A DNA stretch of 32,000 bases from Corynebacterium amycolatum. GTDB taxonomy: Bacteria; Actinomycetota; Actinomycetes; Mycobacteriales; Mycobacteriaceae. Positions 17,175 through 26,307 of this stretch are shown here, piece after piece. A model generated the notes under the pieces. The model was not told the origin of the DNA, did no database searches, and worked only from the letters and a program-made list of their open reading frames with translations. Every line of letters begins with the position of its first letter. The first letter of the stretch is position 1. The translations under genes were made by a program, and so were the position numbers. The stretch is from NCBI RefSeq assembly GCF_049243625.1, contig NZ_CP046975.1. The stretch is one strand, 5' to 3'.

Positions 17175-18743
17175 TTAACGACGATCCTCGAACCAACCGG
17201 TAACAGCCGGCGCTGTGTTCTCGTAGACCAGCTTGGCTTCGGTGTACTCTTCCAGGCCGGTCGGGCCCAGCTCGCGGCCAATACCGGACTGGCCGAAGCC
17301 ACCCCATTCGGCCTGTGGCAGGTAGGGACCAAAGTCGTTAATCCAGACGGTGCCGTGGCGCAGCCCGCGGGAGACGCGCTCAGACACCTCACGGTTGGAT
17401 GTCCACACCGCACCGGCCAGGCCGTATTCGGTGTCGTTGCCAATCTCGATGGCCTCATCAACCGTGGTGAAGGTCTCCACCGTCACCACCGGGCCAAAGG
17501 CTTCGTCGTGAACGCAGTCCATCTCGCGAGTGACCTGGTCAATCACGGTTGGGAGGTAGAAGTAGCCGTCGGCAAGCGAGGCGGAACCGTCAGCGGTGGC
17601 GCCGGTGGCAATCTCGCCGCCCACGCGCACGCGAGCGCCCTGCTCACGCGCCCGATCAACGTATGCCGCGACCTTATCCAGATGCTGCTTCGAAATCAGC
17701 GCACCGGTCTCGGCCTTCTCGTCGAGCGGACCACCGAGCTGGATGTGTCCGGCGCGCTCGACCAAATCGTCGACAAACTTCTCGGCGATGGACTCCTCCA
17801 CAATCAAGCGAGCGCCCGCCGAGCAGACCTGACCGGAGTGCAGGAACGCAGCATTGAGGGCATTGTCCAAAGCAGCTTCGTAGTCAGCGTCGGCGAAGAT
17901 GATGTTCGGGTTCTTGCCGCCGAGCTCAAGTGCAACCTTCTTCACGGACTTGGCTGCTTCACCAGCAATAATCTTGCCAGTGACAAGACCGCCAGTGAAG
18001 GAGACCATGTCCACCTTCGGATGCGAGGACAACGGTGCGCCCGCTTCGGCGCCAGCGCCGGTAATGAGGTTGGCAACACCTGCCGGAACACCCAGATCAT
18101 CGATGACGTGCATGAGCAGAATTGCTGTGTGCGGAGTCAGCTCCGCCGGCTTGAGCACAAAGGTATTGCCCGTGGCCAGGCACGGTGCGACCTTCCATGC
18201 GGTCTGCAGCAGTGGGTAGTTCCACGGCGTGATCAGGCCACAGACACCGACAGGTTCACGCACAATACGCGCGACGACGGACGGGTCATCCGCATCCACG
18301 AGACGACCGGCATCATTGCCCGCGAGCTTACCGAAGTACTCGAAGCAGGCGATGATGTCATCCATATCGGCTGCCGCCTCAGGCAGGCGCTTGCCGGTAT
18401 CCATAGCCTCTGCCCAGGCAAATTCATCCTTACGCTGCCTGATGGCAGCACCGATGTCGAGTACCAACCTGCTGCGCTCAGCTGTGCTCCAGGATGCCCA
18501 GGAACCTTCTCCGGTACGTCGGAAAGCAGCGTCGGCGGCGGCGATGGCGCGCTCGGTGTCGGTCGCGTCTGCTTCCGCAACTTCGGCGATGAAAGAGCCA
18601 TCGGCCGGGCACTCGATAGTGCGAGTGTTGCCAGCGGCTGCAGCGGACCAGGCGCCGTTGATGAACAGCGTGGCCGCGCCTTCGTGGGATTTGGCGGTCT
18701 CGGGTGCGAGGGCCTTATCAGTAGTGGAAGGCTCAAAGGTCAT
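17175..18743 (-). CDS. betB: Betaine-aldehyde dehydrogenase (NAD-dependent aldehyde dehydrogenase family)
   Basis: ALDH motifs VALELGGKNP and FLHSGQVCSAGARL (catalytic Cys), plus PWNYPLL. Its start abuts the stop of the upstream BCCT gene (TAAATG). Sits in a betT/betA context. Confidence 0.85.
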   Translation of the reverse strand: MTFEPSTTDKALAPETAKSHEGAATLFINGAWSAAAAGNTRTIECPADGSFIAEVAEADATDTERAIAAADAAFRRTGEGSWASWSTAERSRLVLDIGAAIRQRKDEFAWAEAMDTGKRLPEAAADMDDIIACFEYFGKLAGNDAGRLVDADDPSVVARIVREPVGVCGLITPWNYPLLQTAWKVAPCLATGNTFVLKPAELTPHTAILLMHVIDDLGVPAGVANLITGAGAEAGAPLSSHPKVDMVSFTGGLVTGKIIAGEAAKSVKKVALELGGKNPNIIFADADYEAALDNALNAAFLHSGQVCSAGARLIVEESIAEKFVDDLVERAGHIQLGGPLDEKAETGALISKQHLDKVAAYVDRAREQGARVRVGGEIATGATADGSASLADGYFYLPTVIDQVTREMDCVHDEAFGPVVTVETFTTVDEAIEIGNDTEYGLAGAVWTSNREVSERVSRGLRHGTVWINDFGPYLPQAEWGGFGQSGIGRELGPTGLEEYTEAKLVYENTAPAVTGWFEDRR

Positions 18744-20924
18744 TTAGGAATCCTCCTTGGCGTAGTCGTCAGACCATTCGCGGACAGGTTCGGCATTATC
18801 GGACAGATCTGAGGTGCCCGGGAGATCAGCCTGCATATGCAGGAACTCCAGGTGCCGTTCGTAGAGATCGAGGACATCGGAAATCAGCTGCTCTTGGGTG
18901 TAGCCGTAAACGTCGTAGCCAAGAGAGCCGGTCAGTGTGAATACCTCGAGGCGGTAGTAGTAAATGTCGGCATCACTGTCCAGGTGTACCAGGCCGGCAA
19001 AGGACGGCGTCAAGTGTTCAACCGGATAGACCTGGTATCGGAAGCTCATCTCCTCGCCGAATCCGACCTGCAGGTCAATCTGGTCGATGCCGACTTCTTC
19101 TGCTGGTTCACGGTGCAGCGTCACTTCACCGCCACGTTCCCTGATAGCATCTGCCACCTGTTCAAGTGCGGGCTGCACCACTCGGTCGAGGTAGCGCATG
19201 ACTGGCTTCTTGCCCGGGAAGGACATGGAGCGGGCAAGTCGATTGCGCCAGTCGCCCTGTCGGCCATCTACGGCGCGGCCCGACATCGCCCCGTGGAGGG
19301 CTCGACGTGTCGAATCCTGTTGCAACAGCTCCAGTCGCAGCGACTTAAACAGGCCATACATCACCAGATAGATGACAAAGGCAAACGGCAGACCCATCAC
19401 AATCGTTGCCGACTGCAGCGTCGGAATACCACCGACATAGAGCATGGAGATGGTCAGCACACCGACCACGACAGCCCAGAAAATACGGGTCCACTTCTTA
19501 CCGTCCTGCTGTGTGTCGGTGATCTTCGAAGTGAAGTTACTCATCACCAGTGCCGCCGAGTCCGCCGAGGTGATGTAGAGCAACAGGCCAATCAGAGATG
19601 CGACTGCAGCCACCATCATCGGCGCCGGGTACTGCTCCAGCAGCAGGTAGAAGGCACGCTCCGGGTAATCCAGTGCAGTCTGGCCAAACTCCGAATCGCC
19701 ATTGATGACCAGGTCCAGCGCCGAGTTACCGAATACCGACACCCACATCAGGACGAAGAGGAATGGAATGGTCAGCGTGCCGACGACAAACTGGCGCAGG
19801 CTACGGCCACGGGAAATACGGGCCAGGAACAAACCGACGAACGGTGCCCAGGCCACCCACCAAGCCCAGAAGAACAGGGTCCAGGAGTTCAACCATTCCT
19901 GTGCACCGGAGAACGCGTAAGTATCCATAGTCATGGACGGGAACTTCGAGACGTACTCACCGACGTTCATCACCAGTGCGTCAAACAGGAACGCAGTGCG
20001 GCCGGTAATCAGGATGTAGAGCATCAAGCAGATGGCCAGGCCAACGTTGAGCTCCGAGAGACGACGAATTCCCTTATCAACACCGGAAACTGCGGAGGCG
20101 ATAGCCACCGATACAGCCACGACGATCAGAGCGATCTGCCAGGACGTACTCTCATCCACCCCGAACAGCACGCGCAGGCCGTAATTCAGCTGGACGACGC
20201 CGATACCGAGCGAGGTTGCGACACCGAAAATGGTACCCAGCATCGCCGCGATTTCGACTGCTTCACCAGCGGGGCCATGGATGCGCTTGCCGATAATCGG
20301 ATAGAGCGCCGAACGAATGGTCAGCGGCATATTGAGGCGATAGGCGAAGTAGCCGAATGCCATACCCATCAGGGCGTAGAGTGCCCAACCGGTCACGCCA
20401 TAGTGGAAAAGCGTGAACACCACTGCCTGACGTGCAGCTTCGATGGTCTCTGCGTCTCCAGTCGGCGGGCCATAGTACTGTGCCACCGGCTCTGCTACCG
20501 AGAAGAAGAGCAGGTCAATGCCGATACCCGCGGCAAAGAGCATGGAAGCCCAGGAAAACAGACCAAACTGAGGCTTGGCGTGATCGGGGCCGAGCTTAAT
20601 CTGCCCTGTTCGCGAGATAGCGACGTAGAGCATGAAGAGCACTGCCACCGTCGCGGTCACAATATAGAACCAGCCGAAGTTCTTCGATACCCAGGCGACA
20701 ATGCCCGCTAGGGTGCCCGCTGCATTGTCCGGAGCAAAAATAGCCCACAGGGCAATGGCGAGAATACCAACGCCTGAAATAATAAATACAGGCCAGTTGA
20801 CCTCAGGCTCAGAGGTCGCACTCGCTTGCGCTTGTTGTGGAGGGACCGACTGCGATCGCTGCATTTCTTGCGACGATTCAGATTTTTCCTCCGTTACCTT
20901 CTCAGTTGGCGGAGTATCAGACAT
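18744..20924 (-). CDS. betT: BCCT family transporter, BetT-like (choline/betaine) with a long cytoplasmic C-terminal extension
   Basis: BCCT signature WTLFFWAWWVAWAPFVGLFLARISRGR. 12-TM-like core followed by a ~180-aa hydrophilic tail, as in choline transporter BetT. Substrate is inferred from context. Confidence 0.85.
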   Translation of the reverse strand: MSDTPPTEKVTEEKSESSQEMQRSQSVPPQQAQASATSEPEVNWPVFIISGVGILAIALWAIFAPDNAAGTLAGIVAWVSKNFGWFYIVTATVAVLFMLYVAISRTGQIKLGPDHAKPQFGLFSWASMLFAAGIGIDLLFFSVAEPVAQYYGPPTGDAETIEAARQAVVFTLFHYGVTGWALYALMGMAFGYFAYRLNMPLTIRSALYPIIGKRIHGPAGEAVEIAAMLGTIFGVATSLGIGVVQLNYGLRVLFGVDESTSWQIALIVVAVSVAIASAVSGVDKGIRRLSELNVGLAICLMLYILITGRTAFLFDALVMNVGEYVSKFPSMTMDTYAFSGAQEWLNSWTLFFWAWWVAWAPFVGLFLARISRGRSLRQFVVGTLTIPFLFVLMWVSVFGNSALDLVINGDSEFGQTALDYPERAFYLLLEQYPAPMMVAAVASLIGLLLYITSADSAALVMSNFTSKITDTQQDGKKWTRIFWAVVVGVLTISMLYVGGIPTLQSATIVMGLPFAFVIYLVMYGLFKSLRLELLQQDSTRRALHGAMSGRAVDGRQGDWRNRLARSMSFPGKKPVMRYLDRVVQPALEQVADAIRERGGEVTLHREPAEEVGIDQIDLQVGFGEEMSFRYQVYPVEHLTPSFAGLVHLDSDADIYYYRLEVFTLTGSLGYDVYGYTQEQLISDVLDLYERHLEFLHMQADLPGTSDLSDNAEPVREWSDDYAKEDS

Positions 20925-21262
20925 AGGAAAATCCTTCAGATTCGGGAACTAACCCAGCATACCTAGTTTGAATAATCCCTCAAGTCTGAGAATCGATTCA
21001 GAAGAATTCTCCAATTCCAACATCAACACCTTCACCTGCATATTTACCCAGTTTTCAAGGCGTCTAAAATCATCCGAACTGGAATTGAATACCAATTGTG
21101 TGCCATTCTATATAGGTGAAGGGGATTTGAGATACGTCTCCGGCCACTTATTCCAATATCAATATATAGGGCCCGCCTTTAAATATTACTTGAGGCTTAT
21201 CGCACTCCTTGAAACCCATTCCGATATACATCGGCAAACAACCTACGGAGGTACACCAGAAC
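20925..21262. promoter_or_regulatory. AT-rich divergent betT / betA control region with palindromes
   Basis: 338-bp non-coding interval, visibly far more AT-rich than the flanks. Inverted repeat AATTG-N5-CAATT at 21083-21097. Perfect 10-bp palindrome GAATCGATTC near 20991. GGAGG RBS at 21247-21251 ahead of betA. Confidence 0.6.
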
Positions 21263-23002
21263 ATGGGAGCTTTCCCGGCTGTCTTCAACTTCGGTAAAAA
21301 GAATGGCAACACCACAGTCGAACACCGCGACGTCGTCATCGTTGGCGCGGGCTCTGCCGGCTCTGTGCTGGCCAACCGGCTGTCCGCAGACCACACTCAG
21401 CACGTGCTCGTACTCGAGGCCGGCCGTATGGACTCCCTCTGGGACCTCTACATTCACATGCCTTCGGCATTCTCCTTCCCAATCGGCAACAAGTACTACG
21501 ACTGGAAGTACGAATCCGAGCCGGAACCGGAGATGAACGGTCGCCGCATCTACCATGCCCGCGGCAAGGTCGTCGGCGGCTCCTCCTCCATCAACGGCCA
21601 GATCTACCAGCGCGGTAACCCGATGGACTACGACAAGTGGGGCGACACCAAGGGGCTGGAGAACTGGGGTTGGAACCATGTTCTGCCGTACTTCAAGCGC
21701 ATGGAAAATGCGCTGGGCTCCGACAAGGACGACCCACGCCGCGGCCACGACGGCCCGCTGCGTATGAAGCGCGGTCCGGCCGATTCTCCGCTGTTCAAGG
21801 CCTTCTTTAAGTCGGTCCAGCAGGCTGGTTACAACTACACTCCGGACGTCAACGGCTACCGCCAGGAGGGCTTCGGTCCCTTCGACGCAAACATCGACAA
21901 GGGCCGCCGTCTCTCCGCAGCTCGTGCATACCTGCACCCGGCCCTGCAGCGTCCGAATCTGGAACTCCGCACCCGCGCAGAAGCCACCCGCGTCCTCTTC
22001 GAGGGCACCAAGGCCGTCGGCATTGAGTACACCTGGAAGGGTCGCACTCACCAGGTGCGAGCAGACAAGGTCATCCTCTGTGGTGGCGCTTTCAACTCTC
22101 CGCAGCTGCTCGAGGTCTCCGGCGTTGGCGATGAGAAGATTCTGAATGCCGCCGGAGTGAACGTCGTCAAGCACCTGCCTGGTGTCGGCGAGAACCTGCA
22201 GGACCACCTGGAGGTCTACATTCAGTACAACGCCACCCAGCCTGTGTCTTCACAGCCGTACCTGGAGAAGTGGCGTTGGCCGTTCATCGGCCTGTGGTGG
22301 CTGCTCACCCACAAGGGTCCAGTGGCAACGTCGCACTTCGAAGGCGGCGGTTTCGCACGCTCCAACGACAACGAGCCCTACCCGAACCTGATGTTCCACT
22401 TCCTGCCGCTGGCCATGCGTTACGACGGCACGAAGATCGATAGCCCGCACGGTTTCCAGTTCCACGTTGGTCCGATGTACTCGGACGCCCGTGGCCATGT
22501 CCACATCACGTCCTCTGACATCAAGGTCAAGCCGTCGATTCTGTTCAACTACCTGTCCACTGATCAGGACCGCCGTGAATGGGTCGAGGCTGTCAAGGTC
22601 TCCCGTAAGCTGCTGGACACCCCGGCAATGAAGGAGTACACCGACGGCGAGATTTCCCCGGGTGCAGATGTGCAGACCGACGAGGAAATTCTCGAGTGGG
22701 TCCGCAAGGATGCCGAGACCGCACTGCACCCATCCTGCACCTGCAAGATGGGTCCGGCCTCCGACGAGATGGCCGTGGTCGATCCGGAAACCATGCAGGT
22801 TCACGGCACCGAGGGCCTCTACGTGGTTGACGCTTCGGTCATGCCGGGCATCACCAACGGCAATATCTACGCACCGACCATGATGATTGCCGAAAAGGCC
22901 GCTGACCTCATCGCCGGCAAGACTCCGCTGGCACCGCAGGACATTCCGTTCTACCGCGCCGGCCAGGGTATGCCGCTGGATCCGCCGGAGAACAATAAGT
23001 AG
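21263..23002 (+). CDS. betA: Choline dehydrogenase (GMC oxidoreductase)
   Basis: N-terminal FAD fold [22 protein letters not shown] signatures ([18 protein letters not shown]). C-terminal active-site region [20 protein letters not shown] 21263 with a GGAGG RBS is preferred over the ORF-maximal start 21209. Confidence 0.9.
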   Translation: MGAFPAVFNFGKKNGNTTVEHRDVVIVGAGSAGSVLANRLSADHTQHVLVLEAGRMDSLWDLYIHMPSAFSFPIGNKYYDWKYESEPEPEMNGRRIYHARGKVVGGSSSINGQIYQRGNPMDYDKWGDTKGLENWGWNHVLPYFKRMENALGSDKDDPRRGHDGPLRMKRGPADSPLFKAFFKSVQQAGYNYTPDVNGYRQEGFGPFDANIDKGRRLSAARAYLHPALQRPNLELRTRAEATRVLFEGTKAVGIEYTWKGRTHQVRADKVILCGGAFNSPQLLEVSGVGDEKILNAAGVNVVKHLPGVGENLQDHLEVYIQYNATQPVSSQPYLEKWRWPFIGLWWLLTHKGPVATSHFEGGGFARSNDNEPYPNLMFHFLPLAMRYDGTKIDSPHGFQFHVGPMYSDARGHVHITSSDIKVKPSILFNYLSTDQDRREWVEAVKVSRKLLDTPAMKEYTDGEISPGADVQTDEEILEWVRKDAETALHPSCTCKMGPASDEMAVVDPETMQVHGTEGLYVVDASVMPGITNGNIYAPTMMIAEKAADLIAGKTPLAPQDIPFYRAGQGMPLDPPENNK

Positions 23003-23111
23003 TTCTTGAGGCGGTAGCGGGTAGCGCGGAGTCTATTGCGCAACGCCGTTCGTCGGCATTGGTCGGGTTCTCCCACATGGGGGAATCCGGCCTTAGTGTT
23101 ACTCTCGCCCT

Positions 23112-24218
23112 ATGAGCAGCACAACCTCGCAATCACCCGAAAACCTACGACGCTCATCAATCATCTTGGCACCGATGGCCGGTGGTCCATCCACGCCCGA
23201 ACTCGTCGCTGCAGTTTCCAATGCTGGTGGGGTCGGCACGCTTGCCGCTGGATATCTCACTGTTGAAAAGCTCACTGAGCAGGCACGGCAGACGTGCGCG
23301 CTGCTTGACGAGGGCAAAGGTTTCGGCATCAACCTCTTCTGCCTCAACACGGCTGACGCCGGTGGCGGAACCTCCGAGGAGGAGCTTGCGCAGTGGACCA
23401 CGTTTCGCGACCGCTTAGTGTCGGCGGCAGACCACTTCGACATCGACTTGCCTGACACTCCGACCTGGTCAGATGACTACTTCTCGGCGAAAATCGAGGC
23501 AATTCTCGCTGATGATTTTCTGCCCAACCCCGATGCGCTGGAGTTCGTCTCCTTCACCTTTGGCTATCCAGATAAAGAAGTCGTTGCTCGGGTAAAGGAA
23601 TCTGGCCGCAAAGTGGTGCTGAATGCGACCTCGATCGAGGGGGTGCGGGCGGCGGCTGTAGCTGGCGCTGATCGCATTGTTCTGCAAGGACTAGCCGCGG
23701 GTGGCCATCGTGCATTCGTGAGGGGTAAAGACTCGTCCGACAACATTGGGGCCTCTGTAGAAGAGCTCGCCCAAGCGGTCACCGAGGCGAGTGCAGTTAC
23801 CGATGCACCCATCATCGCCGCTGGTGGGGTGGGCCACCGAGAGGACGTCGTCAAGCTTTTGGATGCTGGTGCGACGGCTGTACAAGTTGGCACACGGTTC
23901 CTCACCACCGCAGAGGCGGGTACGAAGGAGACGCACCTACGGGCATTGCGTGAGCTCACGGAGCGCGACACCGTTTTGACCCACGCCTTTTCCGGCAAGC
24001 CCGCGCGGGCAATTGAGAACACGTTTACCCGGGAGTTTTCTAGGGTCGCGCCGGAGCTTTACCCGCAATTGCACTACTTGACCACGCCGATTCGCGGCGC
24101 AGCGAATAAGACCAGCGATCCTGAATATCTCAACTTATGGGCGGGTATTGCTTTTTCTCAGTGCGAGGATCAATATGCGGGCGATGTCGTTGCGGAGCTT
24201 TCCGGCTCCGCCGAGTAA
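23112..24218 (+). CDS. Nitronate monooxygenase / NAD(P)H-dependent flavin oxidoreductase (2-nitropropane dioxygenase family)
   Basis: N-terminal IILAPMAGGPSTPELVAAVSNAGGVGTLA, later ..LQGLAAGGH.. and IIAAGGVG, typical of the NMO TIM-barrel FMN family. Confidence 0.85.
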   Translation: MSSTTSQSPENLRRSSIILAPMAGGPSTPELVAAVSNAGGVGTLAAGYLTVEKLTEQARQTCALLDEGKGFGINLFCLNTADAGGGTSEEELAQWTTFRDRLVSAADHFDIDLPDTPTWSDDYFSAKIEAILADDFLPNPDALEFVSFTFGYPDKEVVARVKESGRKVVLNATSIEGVRAAAVAGADRIVLQGLAAGGHRAFVRGKDSSDNIGASVEELAQAVTEASAVTDAPIIAAGGVGHREDVVKLLDAGATAVQVGTRFLTTAEAGTKETHLRALRELTERDTVLTHAFSGKPARAIENTFTREFSRVAPELYPQLHYLTTPIRGAANKTSDPEYLNLWAGIAFSQCEDQYAGDVVAELSGSAE

Positions 24219-24242
24219 TACGAAACCACCGAAGCTATAAAC

Positions 24243-24296
24243 AGCACAATGACCAGCCACGGGCATACATCGCGGCTGGTCATTGTGCTTTATTTG
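24243..24296. terminator. Bidirectional terminator hairpin between the convergent NMO and hmp genes
   Basis: 16-bp perfect stem AGCACAATGACCAGCC (24243-24258) / GGCTGGTCATTGTGCT (24274-24289). Followed by TTATTTG on the + strand and preceded by an A-rich run (ATAAAC). Confidence 0.7.
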
Positions 24297-24333
24297 TGAC
24301 GATGGCTTTTATGCCGACGGCGCAGTTGTGACG

Positions 24334-25530
24334 CTAAGCGTCTAGCAGCCAATCGTTCGGGCTGAACAGCTCGAAGTGAACGTTTTCGCGAGCAACGCCG
24401 CGATCGGCGAGCTGCTGGCGAATGGCCTGCAGGAAACCATTGCCACCACAGAGGTAGAACTGAGCGCCCTCCGGCAGCTCCGTATCAGCCAGATTCATCA
24501 AATCCGGCTCGTACCACACCTGCTGGTGGGCATTGGCCAGTGCAGAGACTGCGTTATTGCGTTCTGCGCGCAGGGCATCTGCGGCTTCTGCGCGGTCCGC
24601 GTGGAGGACGACGACATCACGCTTGGAGTCGGCTGCCACCAGGGCATCCAGCATGCCAATCATGGGGGTGGCGCCAATACCTGCGGAAATGAGCACTACC
24701 GGGTCATCGGACTTTGTATCCAACACCAGGTCACCTGCAGGCAGAGAAATTTCGATCGCATCGCCCGGCTGCACCTTTTCCCACAGCTGTGTGGAAACTT
24801 CGCCAGCCGGTAGGTCCTCGGAGGCATCGACACGACGAACCGCGAAGGTCAGAACACCTTCCTCGCCGCCGACCAGAGAGTATTGCCGTAGCTGGCCGGC
24901 GCCGTCCGGCATGGTCTGACGTACAGAGATGTACTGTCCCGGGAGGTAGGAAACGGGGGATTCGTCGTCAAGCTTGACGGAGAACACTGCGACGTCATCA
25001 CCGCGCTCTTCACGAGAGACGACATGAGCGGCGCGGAAGACATCGCCTGCTTCGACACCGAGGTCGTCATAGAGCCCCTTCTCGAAGTTGATGAGAACAC
25101 GCTCCATCTCCAGGTAGACGGCATCCCACGCGTCGCGGACAGCTCCCTGAAAGACCTCTGGGGTGAGGATTTCCTCGATGGCATCGAAGAGGTGCTTGTG
25201 TACGATTGGGTACTGCTCCGGCTTGATGCCAACGGAGATGTGCTTGTGGCCGATGCGGGAAAGCAGTTCTTCCGGGGCGGGAGCATCTGGGTCGACCAGG
25301 GTAGCTGCGAAGGTAGCGACGGATGCCGCCAGCGCCTTCTGCTGAGCACCCTGCTTCTGGTTGCCGCGGTTGAAGGTATCGGCAATGAGCTCCGGGTGAG
25401 CAGCGAACATCCGGTTATAGAAGTTCGGCGTGATTTTCTCGATGTTGGCACCGACAACGGGCAGGGTTTGAGTGACGATTTCAGCCTGCTCTGGAGTCAG
25501 GCCGTTCTTGTTGACATTCAGGTTTGGCAT
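24334..25530 (-). CDS. hmp: Flavohemoprotein (nitric oxide dioxygenase)
   Basis: N-terminal globin domain (FYNRMFAAHPEL.., IGHKHISVGIKPEQYPIV), FAD-binding RQYSL, NAD(P)H-binding VLISAGIGATPM. 398 aa, collinear with E. coli Hmp as I recall it. Confidence 0.93.
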   Translation of the reverse strand: MPNLNVNKNGLTPEQAEIVTQTLPVVGANIEKITPNFYNRMFAAHPELIADTFNRGNQKQGAQQKALAASVATFAATLVDPDAPAPEELLSRIGHKHISVGIKPEQYPIVHKHLFDAIEEILTPEVFQGAVRDAWDAVYLEMERVLINFEKGLYDDLGVEAGDVFRAAHVVSREERGDDVAVFSVKLDDESPVSYLPGQYISVRQTMPDGAGQLRQYSLVGGEEGVLTFAVRRVDASEDLPAGEVSTQLWEKVQPGDAIEISLPAGDLVLDTKSDDPVVLISAGIGATPMIGMLDALVAADSKRDVVVLHADRAEAADALRAERNNAVSALANAHQQVWYEPDLMNLADTELPEGAQFYLCGGNGFLQAIRQQLADRGVARENVHFELFSPNDWLLDA

Positions 25531-25537
25531 GACTTCA

Positions 25538-25576
25538 CAATAACACTATATTGCGTATTCCGTTTGCGTATTATTG
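25538..25576 (-). promoter_or_regulatory. Candidate operator/promoter of hmp: tandem AATACGCAA repeats next to a TATAGT -10-like hexamer
   Basis: - strand reads CAATAATACGCAAACGGAATACGCAATATAGTGTTATTG. AATACGCAA occurs twice with a 13-bp period (+ strand 25551-25559 and 25564-25572). Outer arms CAATAA/TTATTG are inverted. The region ends 8 nt before the hmp ATG. Confidence 0.4.
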
Positions 25577-25721
25577 CCCAATGATGTCCCTAACTACTCT
25601 TTGCGGTTGAGTTTTACCCGCCTTGAACTGCACAAATGGCGATGCCGAAAATTTCACCAGAAAACTTCGACAGCACCGTTTTTAGCTTTTTCAACCTGCG
25701 GTTAGACCTTCAGCTCTGCAC

Positions 25722-26195
25722 CTAAACCGGACGAATATTGAGCTGGGTACTCCCCTGCGAACCGCCTCCCTCGGGGCGATTGGCATCCACACCATTAGCC
25801 GATTTGTGCGGAATGAGATCAGCAATCAACACTGGATCCAGTGCGGCGAAGAACGCCTCCTGCGCAGCCGCTAACTTGCCACGCAACAGGCACGTCGGCA
25901 GTAATGGGCAGTCAGTGCCGACACAATCGACGACCTCATTGTTTTCCAGAGTGCGCAGCAGCTTGCCGACGGATTTTTCCGTAGCCGACTCGCGCAGATA
26001 GATGCCACCATTGCGCCCCTTGACCGCCTCCAAGAAGCCGAGCTCCACAAGTCGCGAGACAACCTTGGAAACATGCGCGCGAGACGCATTGAGAGACTCC
26101 GCCACCTCGGCAGCGGTGTATTTGCGCCCCGGCTCCCCCATCGCCATCAAAGTGATGACACGCAGGCTCAAATCAGAGAAAAGCGTTAATTGCAT
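25722..26195 (-). CDS. Rrf2 family transcriptional regulator (NsrR-like, probable Fe-S NO sensor)
   Basis: N-terminal wHTH (MQLTLFSDLSLRVITLMA.., AAEVAESLNASRAHVSKVVSRLVELGFL). Three clustered Cys (CVGTDCPLLPTC) as in Fe-S-binding Rrf2 proteins. Lies directly upstream of hmp. Confidence 0.85.
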   Translation of the reverse strand: MQLTLFSDLSLRVITLMAMGEPGRKYTAAEVAESLNASRAHVSKVVSRLVELGFLEAVKGRNGGIYLRESATEKSVGKLLRTLENNEVVDCVGTDCPLLPTCLLRGKLAAAQEAFFAALDPVLIADLIPHKSANGVDANRPEGGGSQGSTQLNIRPV

Positions 26196-26226
26196 TGCGT
26201 GTCACCCTTCATCGTTGTACTGCACA

Positions 26227-26269
26227 AACCACCCCCTTGCCAGCCGCTTCGGGCAACAAGGGGGTGGTT
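26227..26269 (-). terminator. Hairpin downstream of pck (putative terminator), 31 nt upstream of the Rrf2 start codon
   Basis: 13-bp perfect stem AACCACCCCCTTG (26227-26239) / CAAGGGGGTGGTT (26257-26269). Followed on the - strand by TTTGTG. Confidence 0.55.
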
Positions 26270-26307
26270 CTATGTTCTAGCTTTTCGCAAGGCTAGCTAG
26301 CAAGATC

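Noticed and set aside
17130-18812. 560-aa ORF on the + strand
   Set aside because: Entirely antisense to betB, whose translation has clear aldehyde-dehydrogenase motifs. The + strand product is Gly/Arg/Ala-rich low-complexity sequence, typical of shadow ORFs in GC-rich DNA.
18837-20711. 624-aa ORF on the + strand
   Set aside because: Antisense shadow of the BCCT transporter gene. No motifs, His/Arg/Gln-rich composition.
20968-21297. 109-aa + strand ORF in the betT/betA intergenic region
   Set aside because: AT-rich with codon usage unlike all neighbouring genes and no RBS. It overlaps the betA start and its GGAGG RBS, so it is treated as regulatory DNA.
21197-22207. 336-aa ORF on the - strand
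   Set aside because: Antisense to betA (GMC oxidoreductase motifs are on the + strand); a shadow ORF.
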